Virus record (IMG/VR): IMGVR_UViG_3300017731_000001
DNA from: a virus
DNA: 64,000 nucleotides
Direction: 5' to 3' (one strand)
The translations under genes were made by a program, and so were the position numbers. Position 1 is the first letter of the stretch. Every line of letters begins with the position of its first letter. A model generated the notes under the pieces. That model searched no databases. It was not told where the DNA came from and was given only the letters and a program-made list of their open reading frames with translations. Below are positions 19,861 to 27,846 of the stretch, piece after piece.

Positions 19861-21270
19861 ATGGCAAACATTTTAGGAGTGCAATTTGGACATGATGGAT
19901 CCGTTTGCCTTGTTAAGAATGGTAAGTTAGAGTTTGCCATTGGAACAGAAAGAATTACTGGTATTAAAAAGCAACAAGGATTTACAGACGAGGTTATAAA
20001 TTATGCTTTGGACTCTTGTGGTTTAACAGTTGATGATATTGATTGTGTTGCCACCAATGATTTTAAGCAAGAATTTTTTGGTAATGAATACCTTGTAGAT
20101 AATTTTATTATTCAGGGTAGAGAGATTAAGTGTTATATTATTTCTCATCATCTGGCACACTGTGCCTCTGCATATTATACTAGTCCATTTAATGAGGCAC
20201 ATTGTTTCAGTATGGATTGTAGTATGGGAAAGATGGAAGCAAACTCTTTGGTGGCATATGGTAAAGGGAAGAAACTTTTTGCCGAATATTGTCCCGGAGA
20301 AATGGTCGGAGTATTATATGGTGAAGTAACAGAGAAGTTAGGACTCGGACCTGCACTTCATAAGGCAGGAACAACAATGGGTCTCTCATCATATGGAACA
20401 CCATTTGATTTTGATTATCAATCTTATACTGATGATATCAAACATAAGATGAATGTGGCAGCATCCGTTCAGAATTTGTTTGAGGATAAAGTATTGAGTG
20501 TCTTAAATGATATAGATCAGGAGTCCGATAACCTTTGTCTCTCCGGAGGATCATTTTTAAATTGTAATGCTAACTCAGAGGTCGTAAGAAAATCTAAATT
20601 TAAACAGTTTCATCACTTTCCGGCATGTGGTGATGATGGAACGGCAGTTGGTTCTGCACTTTATGTTGCTCATCATATTCTTGGAGAGGCAAGGTATGAT
20701 TATGAACCACAAGACATCTGTTATACCGGAAGAGATCATCCAAGTCAGACACCGGACTATAATTACATAGCAAGACAAATTGCCGATGGTAAAATCATTG
20801 GTTGGTTTCAAGGCAAATCAGAGTTTGGTCCAAGAGCACTAGGTAATCGTTCTATTCTTGCTGACCCAAGAAACTTTCATAATCGTGAACTCATCAATCA
20901 TGTTGTGAAGAATAGAGAATGGTTCCGTCCTTTTGCTCCTGTTGTATTAGAAGAATGCTATCAAGATTGGTTTGATTTTCCTATATCCAGTCCTTATATG
21001 CTTTATACTGCACAGGTGAAGCAACCAGAAAAAGTTCCAGCCATAACTCACGTTGATGGGTCTGCTAGATTTCAGACAGTCACAGAGAAATCTAATAAGC
21101 ACTACTATAATATTATCAAAGCATTTGGAGAACTAACTGGTGTGCCTGTTCTACTGAATACAAGTTTAAATGGAAACGGACAACCTATATTAGAAACCGA
21201 AGAGGACGCACAAGAGTTTTACAAGAATTCTAAACTTGATATGATGATTATCAATGGTATAAATATTTGA
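19861..21270 (+). CDS. O-carbamoyltransferase, NodU/CmcH family
   Basis: GHDGS, ER, HHLAH, LSGG..LNC.AN, GDDG, EFGPRALGNRSILADP, REWFRPFAP, HVDGSAR, LNTS. Confidence 0.9.
   Translation: MANILGVQFGHDGSVCLVKNGKLEFAIGTERITGIKKQQGFTDEVINYALDSCGLTVDDIDCVATNDFKQEFFGNEYLVDNFIIQGREIKCYIISHHLAHCASAYYTSPFNEAHCFSMDCSMGKMEANSLVAYGKGKKLFAEYCPGEMVGVLYGEVTEKLGLGPALHKAGTTMGLSSYGTPFDFDYQSYTDDIKHKMNVAASVQNLFEDKVLSVLNDIDQESDNLCLSGGSFLNCNANSEVVRKSKFKQFHHFPACGDDGTAVGSALYVAHHILGEARYDYEPQDICYTGRDHPSQTPDYNYIARQIADGKIIGWFQGKSEFGPRALGNRSILADPRNFHNRELINHVVKNREWFRPFAPVVLEECYQDWFDFPISSPYMLYTAQVKQPEKVPAITHVDGSARFQTVTEKSNKHYYNIIKAFGELTGVPVLLNTSLNGNGQPILETEEDAQEFYKNSKLDMMIINGINI
21258..21265 (+). promoter_or_regulatory. 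Late promoter TATAAATA
   Basis: Exact T4 late consensus about 20 nt upstream of ORF 21287. Confidence 0.65.
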
Positions 21271-21286
21271 AAGTTATCTTATAAAA

Positions 21287-21676
21287 ATGGCAAAATATCT
21301 AAAGCACTATTGGAAGAAAAATGGTTCTTGGTTAACCGATCCCGGTACATATGTAGAACAACATCACCCCGAAGCAGACTATCCTGGTCTTGGAGTAAAG
21401 GTCTGGATGCACGACTCTGATGGTGTTGATGTCTGCCTTTCTGAAGTTCCTGATAGCACTACGATTTCTACTATTAATGTAGGTTCTAAGAAAGCTGTTA
21501 TGGAACTGACTGAAACGCAATTTAATTCTGTCAAAACTCCTCTTGATGAAGAATCAGTTCTTCGTCAGGCAGCAATGGAGGCAACAATGAGTGGTGATAC
21601 TGACACCGCAGCAGCTAAGAATACTGCAGCAGCAGCAAAAGCAACCGAAGCACAGAATGCACTGAATGCACTCTGA
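21287..21676 (+). CDS. Hypothetical late protein with Ala-rich C-terminal helix
   Basis: 129-aa ORF with a late promoter. Confidence 0.6.
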   Translation: MAKYLKHYWKKNGSWLTDPGTYVEQHHPEADYPGLGVKVWMHDSDGVDVCLSEVPDSTTISTINVGSKKAVMELTETQFNSVKTPLDEESVLRQAAMEATMSGDTDTAAAKNTAAAAKATEAQNALNAL

Positions 21677-21677
21677 T

Positions 21678-21706
21678 TTGACGTAAAATCAAAGATGGTG
21701 TACAAT
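21678..21706 (+). promoter_or_regulatory. Sigma70-type promoter
   Basis: TTGACG-17 bp-TACAAT. Confidence 0.75.
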
Positions 21707-21710
21707 ATGT

Positions 21711-21820
21711 AAGTCTTCAGCATCTTCGTAATTTTGAGACTGAAGACCCTTTCTGTGGTGGGAAAGGTGAGTTGGTGATATACTAAGTAGGGGGGGGAAA
21801 GAACTTCTCCCCCCCTTTCT
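21711..21820 (+). ncRNA. Candidate structured small RNA
   Basis: Lies between the promoter and a terminator with no ORF. Hairpins GTCTTCAG/CTGAAGAC and CCTTTC/GAAAGG. Confidence 0.5.
21789..21820 (+). terminator. Rho-independent terminator-like hairpin
   Basis: A-G8 / C7-T stem followed by TTTCTT. Confidence 0.6.
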
Positions 21821-21856
21821 TATCTTATAAATTAATTTGCAATCCCTTATAGACGT

Positions 21857-22093
21857 ATGAATTTCACGGTATTTTCTAAAAACAATTGCCCATACTGCGA
21901 GAAAATTAAAAAAGTTTTAGAGTTGACAAAAAGTGAATTTGTGGTCTATACTCTAGGAGAAGATTTTGATCGGGAATTATTTTTTGATAAGTTTGAAGAA
22001 AACTCTACCTTTCCACAGGTTTTATGTGATGATAAAAAATTAGGAGGTTGTGTTGACACCATTAAATTCCTCCGAGAAAACAACGTCATCTGA
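21857..22093 (+). CDS. nrdC: Glutaredoxin
   Basis: CPYC, TFPQV, LGGC. Confidence 0.9.
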   Translation: MNFTVFSKNNCPYCEKIKKVLELTKSEFVVYTLGEDFDRELFFDKFEENSTFPQVLCDDKKLGGCVDTIKFLRENNVI

Positions 22094-22199
22094 TTCTCCA
22101 CTAAATAAAGACACTCATCAAGTTAATCGTGGTATTGAGTTTATACTAAACAGGAGAAGAAAAAGTCTAAACGAAACAATTAGTCCTGAGGTAAGATCT

Positions 22200-22427
22200 A
22201 TGTTAGCAGTAAGTTTAGTCTTTGGTTCATTTCTGACCGTTTTGTTTCTAATACTAGGACTCGTAATTGGTTGGACTGCTAGAGAATATATGATGAACTA
22301 TCGGGAAGTACCCAGACCTCACCCCGAAATGTTTGATGAACAGGGCAACCTGATTCCAGATGAGGTCATAGCATTTAATTTTGAAAACTATCATGACGAC
22401 AGCGAAGAAGATGACAACAACGACTAA
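22200..22427 (+). CDS. Conserved cyanophage membrane protein (DUF2973-like)
   Basis: N-terminal TM helix then HPEMFDEQGN. Start placed at ATG 22200 within ORF 22050..22427. Confidence 0.6.
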   Translation: MLAVSLVFGSFLTVLFLILGLVIGWTAREYMMNYREVPRPHPEMFDEQGNLIPDEVIAFNFENYHDDSEEDDNND

Positions 22428-23004
22428 GGCAAAGACAACCACTAAAAAGAAGACAACTTCATTTGTGGTGGATAATCTTCCAAGAAATCCACTAGCATTT
22501 GAAGTTTTTGACTTGGTATCTCGTTCAAGAACAAAGGCAAAAAAGATTGAAGTATTGAAGAAGTATAATGATCCTTCACTAAGAAGACTCTTTGTCTGGA
22601 ACTTTGATGAATCCATCGTCTCTATTCTTCCTGATGGACCTGTTCCTTATGTTGGATATGATCAGCAAAACACTTATTCCGGAACTCTAACAACTAAAAT
22701 TGACCATGACATTCGTACAATGTATGAATCTGGAAATTTCTCTCTAGGTATTAGTGATAAACAGGGGCACACAACTATTCGTAGAGAATCAAAGCACTTC
22801 TATCACTTTGTTAAAGGTGGCAATAGCGGAATTAATGCAATTCGTCGTGAAACAATGTTCATTAATATTCTTCAAGGACTACATCCACTTGAAGCAGAAA
22901 TTTTAACTCTTGTTAAAGATAAACAACTAGAAACTAAGTATAAGATTACAAAAGATGTTGTTTCGGCAGCATATTCTGATATTATTTGGGGTGATCGCAC
23001 ATGA
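22393..23004 (+). CDS. Conserved T4-like cyanophage hypothetical protein
   Basis: LPDGPVPY, RRETMFINILQGLHPLEAE motifs typical of cyanomyovirus core ORFs. Confidence 0.7.
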   Translation: MTTAKKMTTTTKAKTTTKKKTTSFVVDNLPRNPLAFEVFDLVSRSRTKAKKIEVLKKYNDPSLRRLFVWNFDESIVSILPDGPVPYVGYDQQNTYSGTLTTKIDHDIRTMYESGNFSLGISDKQGHTTIRRESKHFYHFVKGGNSGINAIRRETMFINILQGLHPLEAEILTLVKDKQLETKYKITKDVVSAAYSDIIWGDRT

Positions 23005-23342
23005 CAACAGCAGTAGAAGAAAAACAAACAACGCCAGAGGCAGGACAAGAAATGATTTCAATTAAAGAATCTGATTATGGATGTCAGATTCTTTTAGAAA
23101 AAACTACTATTGAAAAGGCAAAAGACAAGAGTTTTCCTACTGATGCCAAATTGATTTGGTATGTTGTTGATGGAGTAACGTGTATAGATCTTACCCGTTG
23201 TGGAAAAGACTCTAGACTTTTTGATATGTACTATGATAAGTATGGCAAAGGTGCCGTTCAGAAGATTGATTTTGGATATGGTGGGGTCAATCCAAAGAGT
23301 TGGGGATATGAACCACCACCACCAACCAAAAAACGAAAATAA
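23001..23342 (+). CDS. Hypothetical protein
   Basis: ORF with ATGA overlap; FDMYYDKYG, GYGGVNPKSWG. Confidence 0.65.
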   Translation: MTTAVEEKQTTPEAGQEMISIKESDYGCQILLEKTTIEKAKDKSFPTDAKLIWYVVDGVTCIDLTRCGKDSRLFDMYYDKYGKGAVQKIDFGYGGVNPKSWGYEPPPPTKKRK

Positions 23343-23407
23343 TTCCAAAAATAGTCGAAAAAAAAATCCCGGCAAAATTTTGACCTGTAGGGATTTTTAA
23401 AAATTAC

Positions 23408-23436
23408 TTGACTATATATTAAAGAGGGTCTATAAT
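23408..23436 (+). promoter_or_regulatory. Sigma70-type promoter
   Basis: TTGACT-17 bp-TATAAT. Confidence 0.8.
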
Positions 23437-23443
23437 AGACCTG

Positions 23444-23488
23444 TCGTTCATCTCACATTGAGTGAGACGCAAGTAAGTCGCGGAACGG
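23444..23488 (+). ncRNA. Glutamine-riboswitch-like motif (glnA/Downstream-peptide family), copy 1
   Basis: CGTTC-A-TCTCAC/GTGAGA stem-CGCAAGTAAGTCGCG-GAACG; P1 CGTTC/GAACG; upstream of a YRG (DUF4278-like) peptide gene. Confidence 0.65.
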
Positions 23489-23490
23489 AG

Positions 23491-23670
23491 CGTTCATCCC
23501 ATGATTGAATTTCTTTTATACTCATCACTTAGTTGTTCCGATGCCGATGCAATTATGCTGAGGATGAAGAATAATGAAAATCTTAACAATGAAGTTAGGA
23601 TTGAGTTAATTGAGGTTATGAAGGAGTCATCTCCTGATTGCTATTGGGACGCAAACGACTAAAGGAACGG
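23491..23670 (+). ncRNA. Glutamine-riboswitch-like motif copy 2, with an ORF in its P2 loop
   Basis: 5' half CGTTCATCCC(A) at 23491; 3' half (T)GGGACGCAAACGACTAAAGGAACGG at 23645-23670. Confidence 0.55.
23501..23662 (+). CDS. Small hypothetical protein (53 aa, MIEFLLYSSLSC...DCYWDAND)
   Basis: Manually translated; GGAG about 10 nt upstream. Confidence 0.65.
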   Translation: MIEFLLYSSLSCSDADAIMLRMKNNENLNNEVRIELIEVMKESSPDCYWDAND

Positions 23671-23703
23671 ACCTAAAAATCCAACTACTTTAGGAGTAAA
23701 CAA

Positions 23704-23871
23704 ATGAACACACTTCAAATGATTAAAAAGCAGATCAATAAAGCATCTGCACTGCATGACGCACAAATTTCTCACACCTCATATCGTGGTGTTGAGTATG
23801 ATACTCGTTGTGTAGAATCAAGAGAAATGCACGGTACATTCTGTTATCGTGGTCATATCTACAATAAGTGA
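23704..23871 (+). CDS. DUF4278-like small protein (two YRG motifs)
   Basis: MNTLQMIKKQ...SYRGVEY...CYRGHIY; SD AGGAG. Confidence 0.75.
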   Translation: MNTLQMIKKQINKASALHDAQISHTSYRGVEYDTRCVESREMHGTFCYRGHIYNK

Positions 23872-23892
23872 GTCACTTACGTTAAAATTGTT

Positions 23893-23919
23893 AGGGGGGT
23901 TGACTAACCCCCCTTTTTT
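23893..23919 (+). terminator. Rho-independent terminator (overlaps TTGACT-17-TAAAAT promoter)
   Basis: AGGGGGGTT-GACT-AACCCCCCT-TTTTT. Confidence 0.8.
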
Positions 23920-23950
23920 ATGTAAAATACCTATAATCATATACAATTTT

Positions 23951-24121
23951 ATGGAAAAGGATAGATTAAAACTAATTGTCCGGAATTTAGAATTGTTAGT
24001 CGATGCTCTAAAATCCGAAGTATATTCTGACAGAGAGTTATGTGTTTCCAAACAGGAAAACTTTGATGACCCAGCTTCTAACTATATCATGGACTATGAC
24101 GAAGTTTTTGAGGATGATTGA
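23951..24121 (+). CDS. Conserved cyanophage hypothetical protein
   Basis: MEKDRLKLIVRNLELLVDALKSEVYSD...DYDEVF. Confidence 0.65.
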   Translation: MEKDRLKLIVRNLELLVDALKSEVYSDRELCVSKQENFDDPASNYIMDYDEVFEDD

Positions 24122-24282
24122 TGAAAACTAAGCAATTGATTAAAAATCTTAGAAGTGCAATTTCTCAAGATCATTTGTATAATAGTGATGAGCTTAAATA
24201 CATGCAAGAGCAACTTGACCAACTGGAACTATCAGTAAAAAGAACTCCAAGAACAAAACCTAAAGGATTTGGTGAAAAATGA
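24121..24282 (+). CDS. Small hypothetical protein
   Basis: Manually translated 53 aa ending KGFGEK; coupled by TGATG and ATGA overlaps. Confidence 0.55.
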   Translation: MKTKQLIKNLRSAISQDHLYNSDELKYMQEQLDQLELSVKRTPRTKPKGFGEK

Positions 24283-24914
24283 ATGTTAAACTTATAAGTG
24301 TCACTCCTGATGCAGAACAGACCATGGCATATATTGCTAGGGTCTCTAATCCATCAAATCAGAACAATGAAAAGTATTCTGGTCTTCTGAAATACTGCAT
24401 CAAACATAATCATTGGTCGGTATTTGAGCAATCTACAATGACTCTGGAGATTGAGACTACTCGTGCAATCGCAGCTCAGATTTTAAGGCATCGTAGTTTC
24501 ACATATCAGGAATTTTCACAACGATATGCTGATTCTTCAATGCTATCAGAGAAAATTGCTTTGCCAGAACTACGTCGTCAAGATGATAAGAATCGTCAAA
24601 ACTCTATTGATGACTTAGATCCTTTTATAGTCCAGAAATTAGAACTTCAGATGCAAACTCTGTTTGATTCATCCATGGCACTTTATCAACAGATGCTTGC
24701 ATCTGGAGTTGCAAAGGAATGTGCAAGAAATGTACTTCCATTGTGTGTAGGGACCAAAATTTATATGACTGGTTCATGTCGTTCATGGATACATTACATC
24801 TCTCTGAGGTCCGCACACGGCACTCAGAAGGAGCATATGGACATCGCAGAAGCATGTAGAGAAATCTTTATTGAACAGTTTCCTGCTGTTTCTGAATCCC
24901 TTGAATGGGTCTAA
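24279..24914 (+). CDS. thyX: FAD-dependent thymidylate synthase
   Basis: HWSVFE, RHRSFTYQEFSQRY, ARNVLP. Confidence 0.95.
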   Translation: MNVKLISVTPDAEQTMAYIARVSNPSNQNNEKYSGLLKYCIKHNHWSVFEQSTMTLEIETTRAIAAQILRHRSFTYQEFSQRYADSSMLSEKIALPELRRQDDKNRQNSIDDLDPFIVQKLELQMQTLFDSSMALYQQMLASGVAKECARNVLPLCVGTKIYMTGSCRSWIHYISLRSAHGTQKEHMDIAEACREIFIEQFPAVSESLEWV

Positions 24915-24939
24915 ATATTTTTATATTGAATTTTTAACA

Positions 24940-25188
24940 ATGGCAACATATCCTGTAGTTAACAAAGAATCAGGTGAACAGAAAGAAGTAGTTCTGAGTG
25001 TTCATGACTGGCCTCAATGGTGTGATGATAACCCTGATTGGAAAAGAGATTGGTCTGACCCATCAACATGTCCTGGTGCAGGAGAGGTTGGTGAATGGAA
25101 AGATAAATTGGTTGCTAAAAATCCCGGATGGAATGATGTCCTTGCAAAAGCATCCAAAGCACCCGGATCAAGAGTAAAGAAGATTTAG
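24940..25188 (+). CDS. Conserved cyanophage hypothetical protein
   Basis: MATYPVVNKESGEQKE...PGWNDVL.K..KAPGS; CTAAATA at 24911. Confidence 0.65.
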   Translation: MATYPVVNKESGEQKEVVLSVHDWPQWCDDNPDWKRDWSDPSTCPGAGEVGEWKDKLVAKNPGWNDVLAKASKAPGSRVKKI

Positions 25189-25189
25189 T

Positions 25190-25945
25190 ATGTCTAGAAG
25201 AAAAAAGACTTCAGAAGAATCTATTGGAGTAGGTATGACTTCAATGAGAATGAAAAAGAAGAAACCTTTGAGTGCCAATTATTTGGTTGATATCAAACCT
25301 CTTACTGAAAATCAACAAAGACTGTTTGATTCATATAATGACGACAAACATTTAGTCGCATATGGATGTGCAGGCACAGGTAAGACTTTTATTACTCTCT
25401 ATAATGCATTGAAAGATGTTCTGGACGAGAATACTCCATATGAAAATGTGTATATCGTCAGATCTTTAATTGCCACTCGCGAGATTGGATTTCTGCCGGG
25501 AGATCATGAAGACAAGTCTTCTCTTTATCAGATTCCATACAAATCTATGGTGAAGTATATGTTCCAGATGACATCTGATGTAGATTTTGAAATGCTGTAT
25601 GGTAATCTCAAAGCACAGGAGACCATCAAATTTTGGAGCACTTCTTTCCTAAGAGGAACAACTCTTGATAATGCAATCATTATCGTTGATGAATTCCAAA
25701 ACTTGAATTTTCATGAACTTGATAGTATAATTACTCGTATTGGTGAAAACAGTAAAATTTGTTTCTGTGGTGATGCCAGACAATCAGATTTGACAAAAAC
25801 CAATGATCGTAATGGTATTATGGATTTTATGAGTATTTTGAGAAAGATGCCTTCTTTTGATGTTATTGAATTTCAAATAGAAGACATTGTTCGTTCAGGT
25901 TTAGTTCGAGAATACATCGTCGCAAAAATAGAAGCAGGTTTGTAA
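25190..25945 (+). CDS. phoH: PhoH-like ATPase
   Basis: GCAGTGKT, IGFLPG, FLRGTT, IVDEFQN, TRIG, GDxxQSD, IVRSG. Confidence 0.95.
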   Translation: MSRRKKTSEESIGVGMTSMRMKKKKPLSANYLVDIKPLTENQQRLFDSYNDDKHLVAYGCAGTGKTFITLYNALKDVLDENTPYENVYIVRSLIATREIGFLPGDHEDKSSLYQIPYKSMVKYMFQMTSDVDFEMLYGNLKAQETIKFWSTSFLRGTTLDNAIIIVDEFQNLNFHELDSIITRIGENSKICFCGDARQSDLTKTNDRNGIMDFMSILRKMPSFDVIEFQIEDIVRSGLVREYIVAKIEAGL

Positions 25946-26625
25946 TGTTTAATCATGTTGATTTGAGTCTCCCTCAACTTGAGAGGGAGACTATTGATGG
26001 AGTCCGATACTATTCTGTTCCTCATGAAGAAGAACTCTTAAAACTAGTTTCCATCACTTCTGTAACCAGTCATTTTAATAAAGAGATTTTTGTTAAGTGG
26101 CGAAAAAAGGTTGGTGATGAAGAAGCAAATCGTGTCACAAAGGCTGCAACTGGTCGTGGAACGGATATGCATACTTTGGTAGAATATCATCTCAAAAATG
26201 AAAATCTTCCTAAAGTTCGTCCTATTTCCGAGTTTCTATTTAAGATTTCTAAGGGAACTTTAAAGAATATTGATAATATTCATGCTCTGGAAACTTCCCT
26301 ATATAGTAAGCAGTTAGGAATTGCGGGAACGGTCGATTGTATTGCAGAATATGATGGTGAGTTAGCAATAATTGACTTCAAGACTTCTAAGAAACCGAAA
26401 CCAAGAAATTGGATCGAAAACTATTTTGTCCAATGTGCGGCATATGCATGTATGCTGTATGAAATGACTGGTATTCCGGTCAAAAAATTTGTAATCATTA
26501 TGGCTTGTGAAAATGGAGAATGCGTCGTCTACGAAGAACGAGACAAATCAAAGTACATCAAACTTCTTACCGAATACATTAGAAAGTTTGTTACAGATAA
26601 ATTGGAACTCTATGGAACCGAATAA
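25945..26625 (+). CDS. PD-(D/E)XK exonuclease
   Basis: SITSV, RGTDMH, AGTVDC, IIDFKTS, Q..AY. Confidence 0.85.
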   Translation: MFNHVDLSLPQLERETIDGVRYYSVPHEEELLKLVSITSVTSHFNKEIFVKWRKKVGDEEANRVTKAATGRGTDMHTLVEYHLKNENLPKVRPISEFLFKISKGTLKNIDNIHALETSLYSKQLGIAGTVDCIAEYDGELAIIDFKTSKKPKPRNWIENYFVQCAAYACMLYEMTGIPVKKFVIIMACENGECVVYEERDKSKYIKLLTEYIRKFVTDKLELYGTE

Positions 26626-26872
26626 AGAACTAGAGAAAGCGTTAGAAAACAAATTTCTGACACCATCTAAGTTTTCTATGGAGATAGAAACCATAGTAGC
26701 AAAGGAAGGTATGAATTATATTGATGCCATTTGCTACTATTGCGAAATTAATAATATTGAGGTAGACTCAGTAACAAAATTAATTTCAAAACCACTGAAA
26801 GAAAGATTAAAGTATGATGCTATTAATCTTAATTTCATGAAAAAAACTTCAAGGGCAAAACTTCCGCTATGA
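26612..26872 (+). CDS. gp33: Late transcription co-activator gp33
   Basis: FSMEIE...YIDAI..YCE...SKPLKE.LK.DA..LNF; start at ATG 26612. Confidence 0.85.
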   Translation: MEPNKELEKALENKFLTPSKFSMEIETIVAKEGMNYIDAICYYCEINNIEVDSVTKLISKPLKERLKYDAINLNFMKKTSRAKLPL

Positions 26873-27066
26873 TTTCTCATGATGAACTCCTACATCTTAA
26901 GATGCAGGCAGCAATAAGGGAACATAATATTCCCAAAACCGAGATCAAATATATTGGTCCCGGTGAAGGAACACACTGGTATCTAATTGCCAATAAGCAC
27001 AGTGTTCCTGTTAATATGATTGAAGAATTTGAAAGAGTAGATGATGTTGAAAGTGACTCCGTTTGA
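26869..27066 (+). CDS. Hypothetical protein
   Basis: ORF with ATGA overlap. Confidence 0.55.
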   Translation: MISHDELLHLKMQAAIREHNIPKTEIKYIGPGEGTHWYLIANKHSVPVNMIEEFERVDDVESDSV

Positions 27067-27649
27067 AACATACCAGCATTATCTTTCATTAAAGAATCAT
27101 TTTACAAATCCAAAATATGATTTCTTTAAGTATGGTGCCAAGACCCGTGCGTCAATGGCATCATTTAATAAAAGGAAGGATAAGTATTGGTTTGAAAAAA
27201 CTTCCCGAAAGTATTCTAATAAAGAAATCGTTAATTTCCTTGTATCTAATTTTGTTTCCACCGACAACCCACAAAACCTATGGATTGGAGAAATTATCAA
27301 TTCTGGCGAAAGAAAGTACGCCGATTGGATGAAACGTCAGCAGAGTTTGACTTACTTATTCAAAGAACAAAGCAACGAATTACTATCGGAGAACGACTTG
27401 GAGAGTCTATTCGATTGCTCCAGGGGACATCCCAAAATCCTAAAAAAATTTCTAGGAGGGAACATCTCTCTAGAAACTTTAACAATCTACGAAATCATCT
27501 TCCATTTTTCAAAAAATTTCGATAAGAAGTTAAATGATCCGGTGTGGGAATCCGTCAATTTAAAAATAAAAAAATATACTCCCTTTCTAAATATTAATGT
27601 GTTCAACCATAAAAAAATAATAAAGGAGATTCTTGGTAATGGCTCTTAA
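27041..27649 (+). CDS. gp59: Helicase loader gp59
   Basis: YLSLKNHF...YDFFKY, F.KRKDKYWFEK; synteny between gp33 and gp32. Confidence 0.85.
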   Translation: MMLKVTPFETYQHYLSLKNHFTNPKYDFFKYGAKTRASMASFNKRKDKYWFEKTSRKYSNKEIVNFLVSNFVSTDNPQNLWIGEIINSGERKYADWMKRQQSLTYLFKEQSNELLSENDLESLFDCSRGHPKILKKFLGGNISLETLTIYEIIFHFSKNFDKKLNDPVWESVNLKIKKYTPFLNINVFNHKKIIKEILGNGS

Positions 27650-27845
27650 AAATGATGAAGTTCTTGCTCGTTTGCAGGAACAACTTGTTCAAACAAATGA
27701 AGAATTAACTGTTTTATCTAACACCCGCTTAAAATTAATGGGTGCTATTGATGTCTTAATGCAAATTGAAAATAGTAAAGTTCAAGAAGAACAAAGTGAA
27801 GAACAAGAAGAACAAGAAGAGAAAGTAGAAGAAGGAGAAGAGTAA
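27639..27845 (+). CDS. Hypothetical coiled-coil protein with acidic tail
   Basis: ORF with SD AGGAG. Confidence 0.55.
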   Translation: MALKNDEVLARLQEQLVQTNEELTVLSNTRLKLMGAIDVLMQIENSKVQEEQSEEQEEQEEKVEEGEE

Positions 27846-27846
27846 C

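Noticed and set aside
471-21676. Diversity-generating retroelement driving loop variation
   Set aside because: No reverse transcriptase or non-coding template repeat in the window. Variation includes indels and is not confined to adenines. An RT elsewhere in the genome cannot be excluded.
21790-21815. G8 and C7 homopolymers as phase-variation tracts
   Set aside because: They are the two arms of one intergenic hairpin.
25945-26625. Cas4-like nuclease suggesting CRISPR adaptation
   Set aside because: Standard core cyanomyovirus exonuclease between phoH and gp33; no array.
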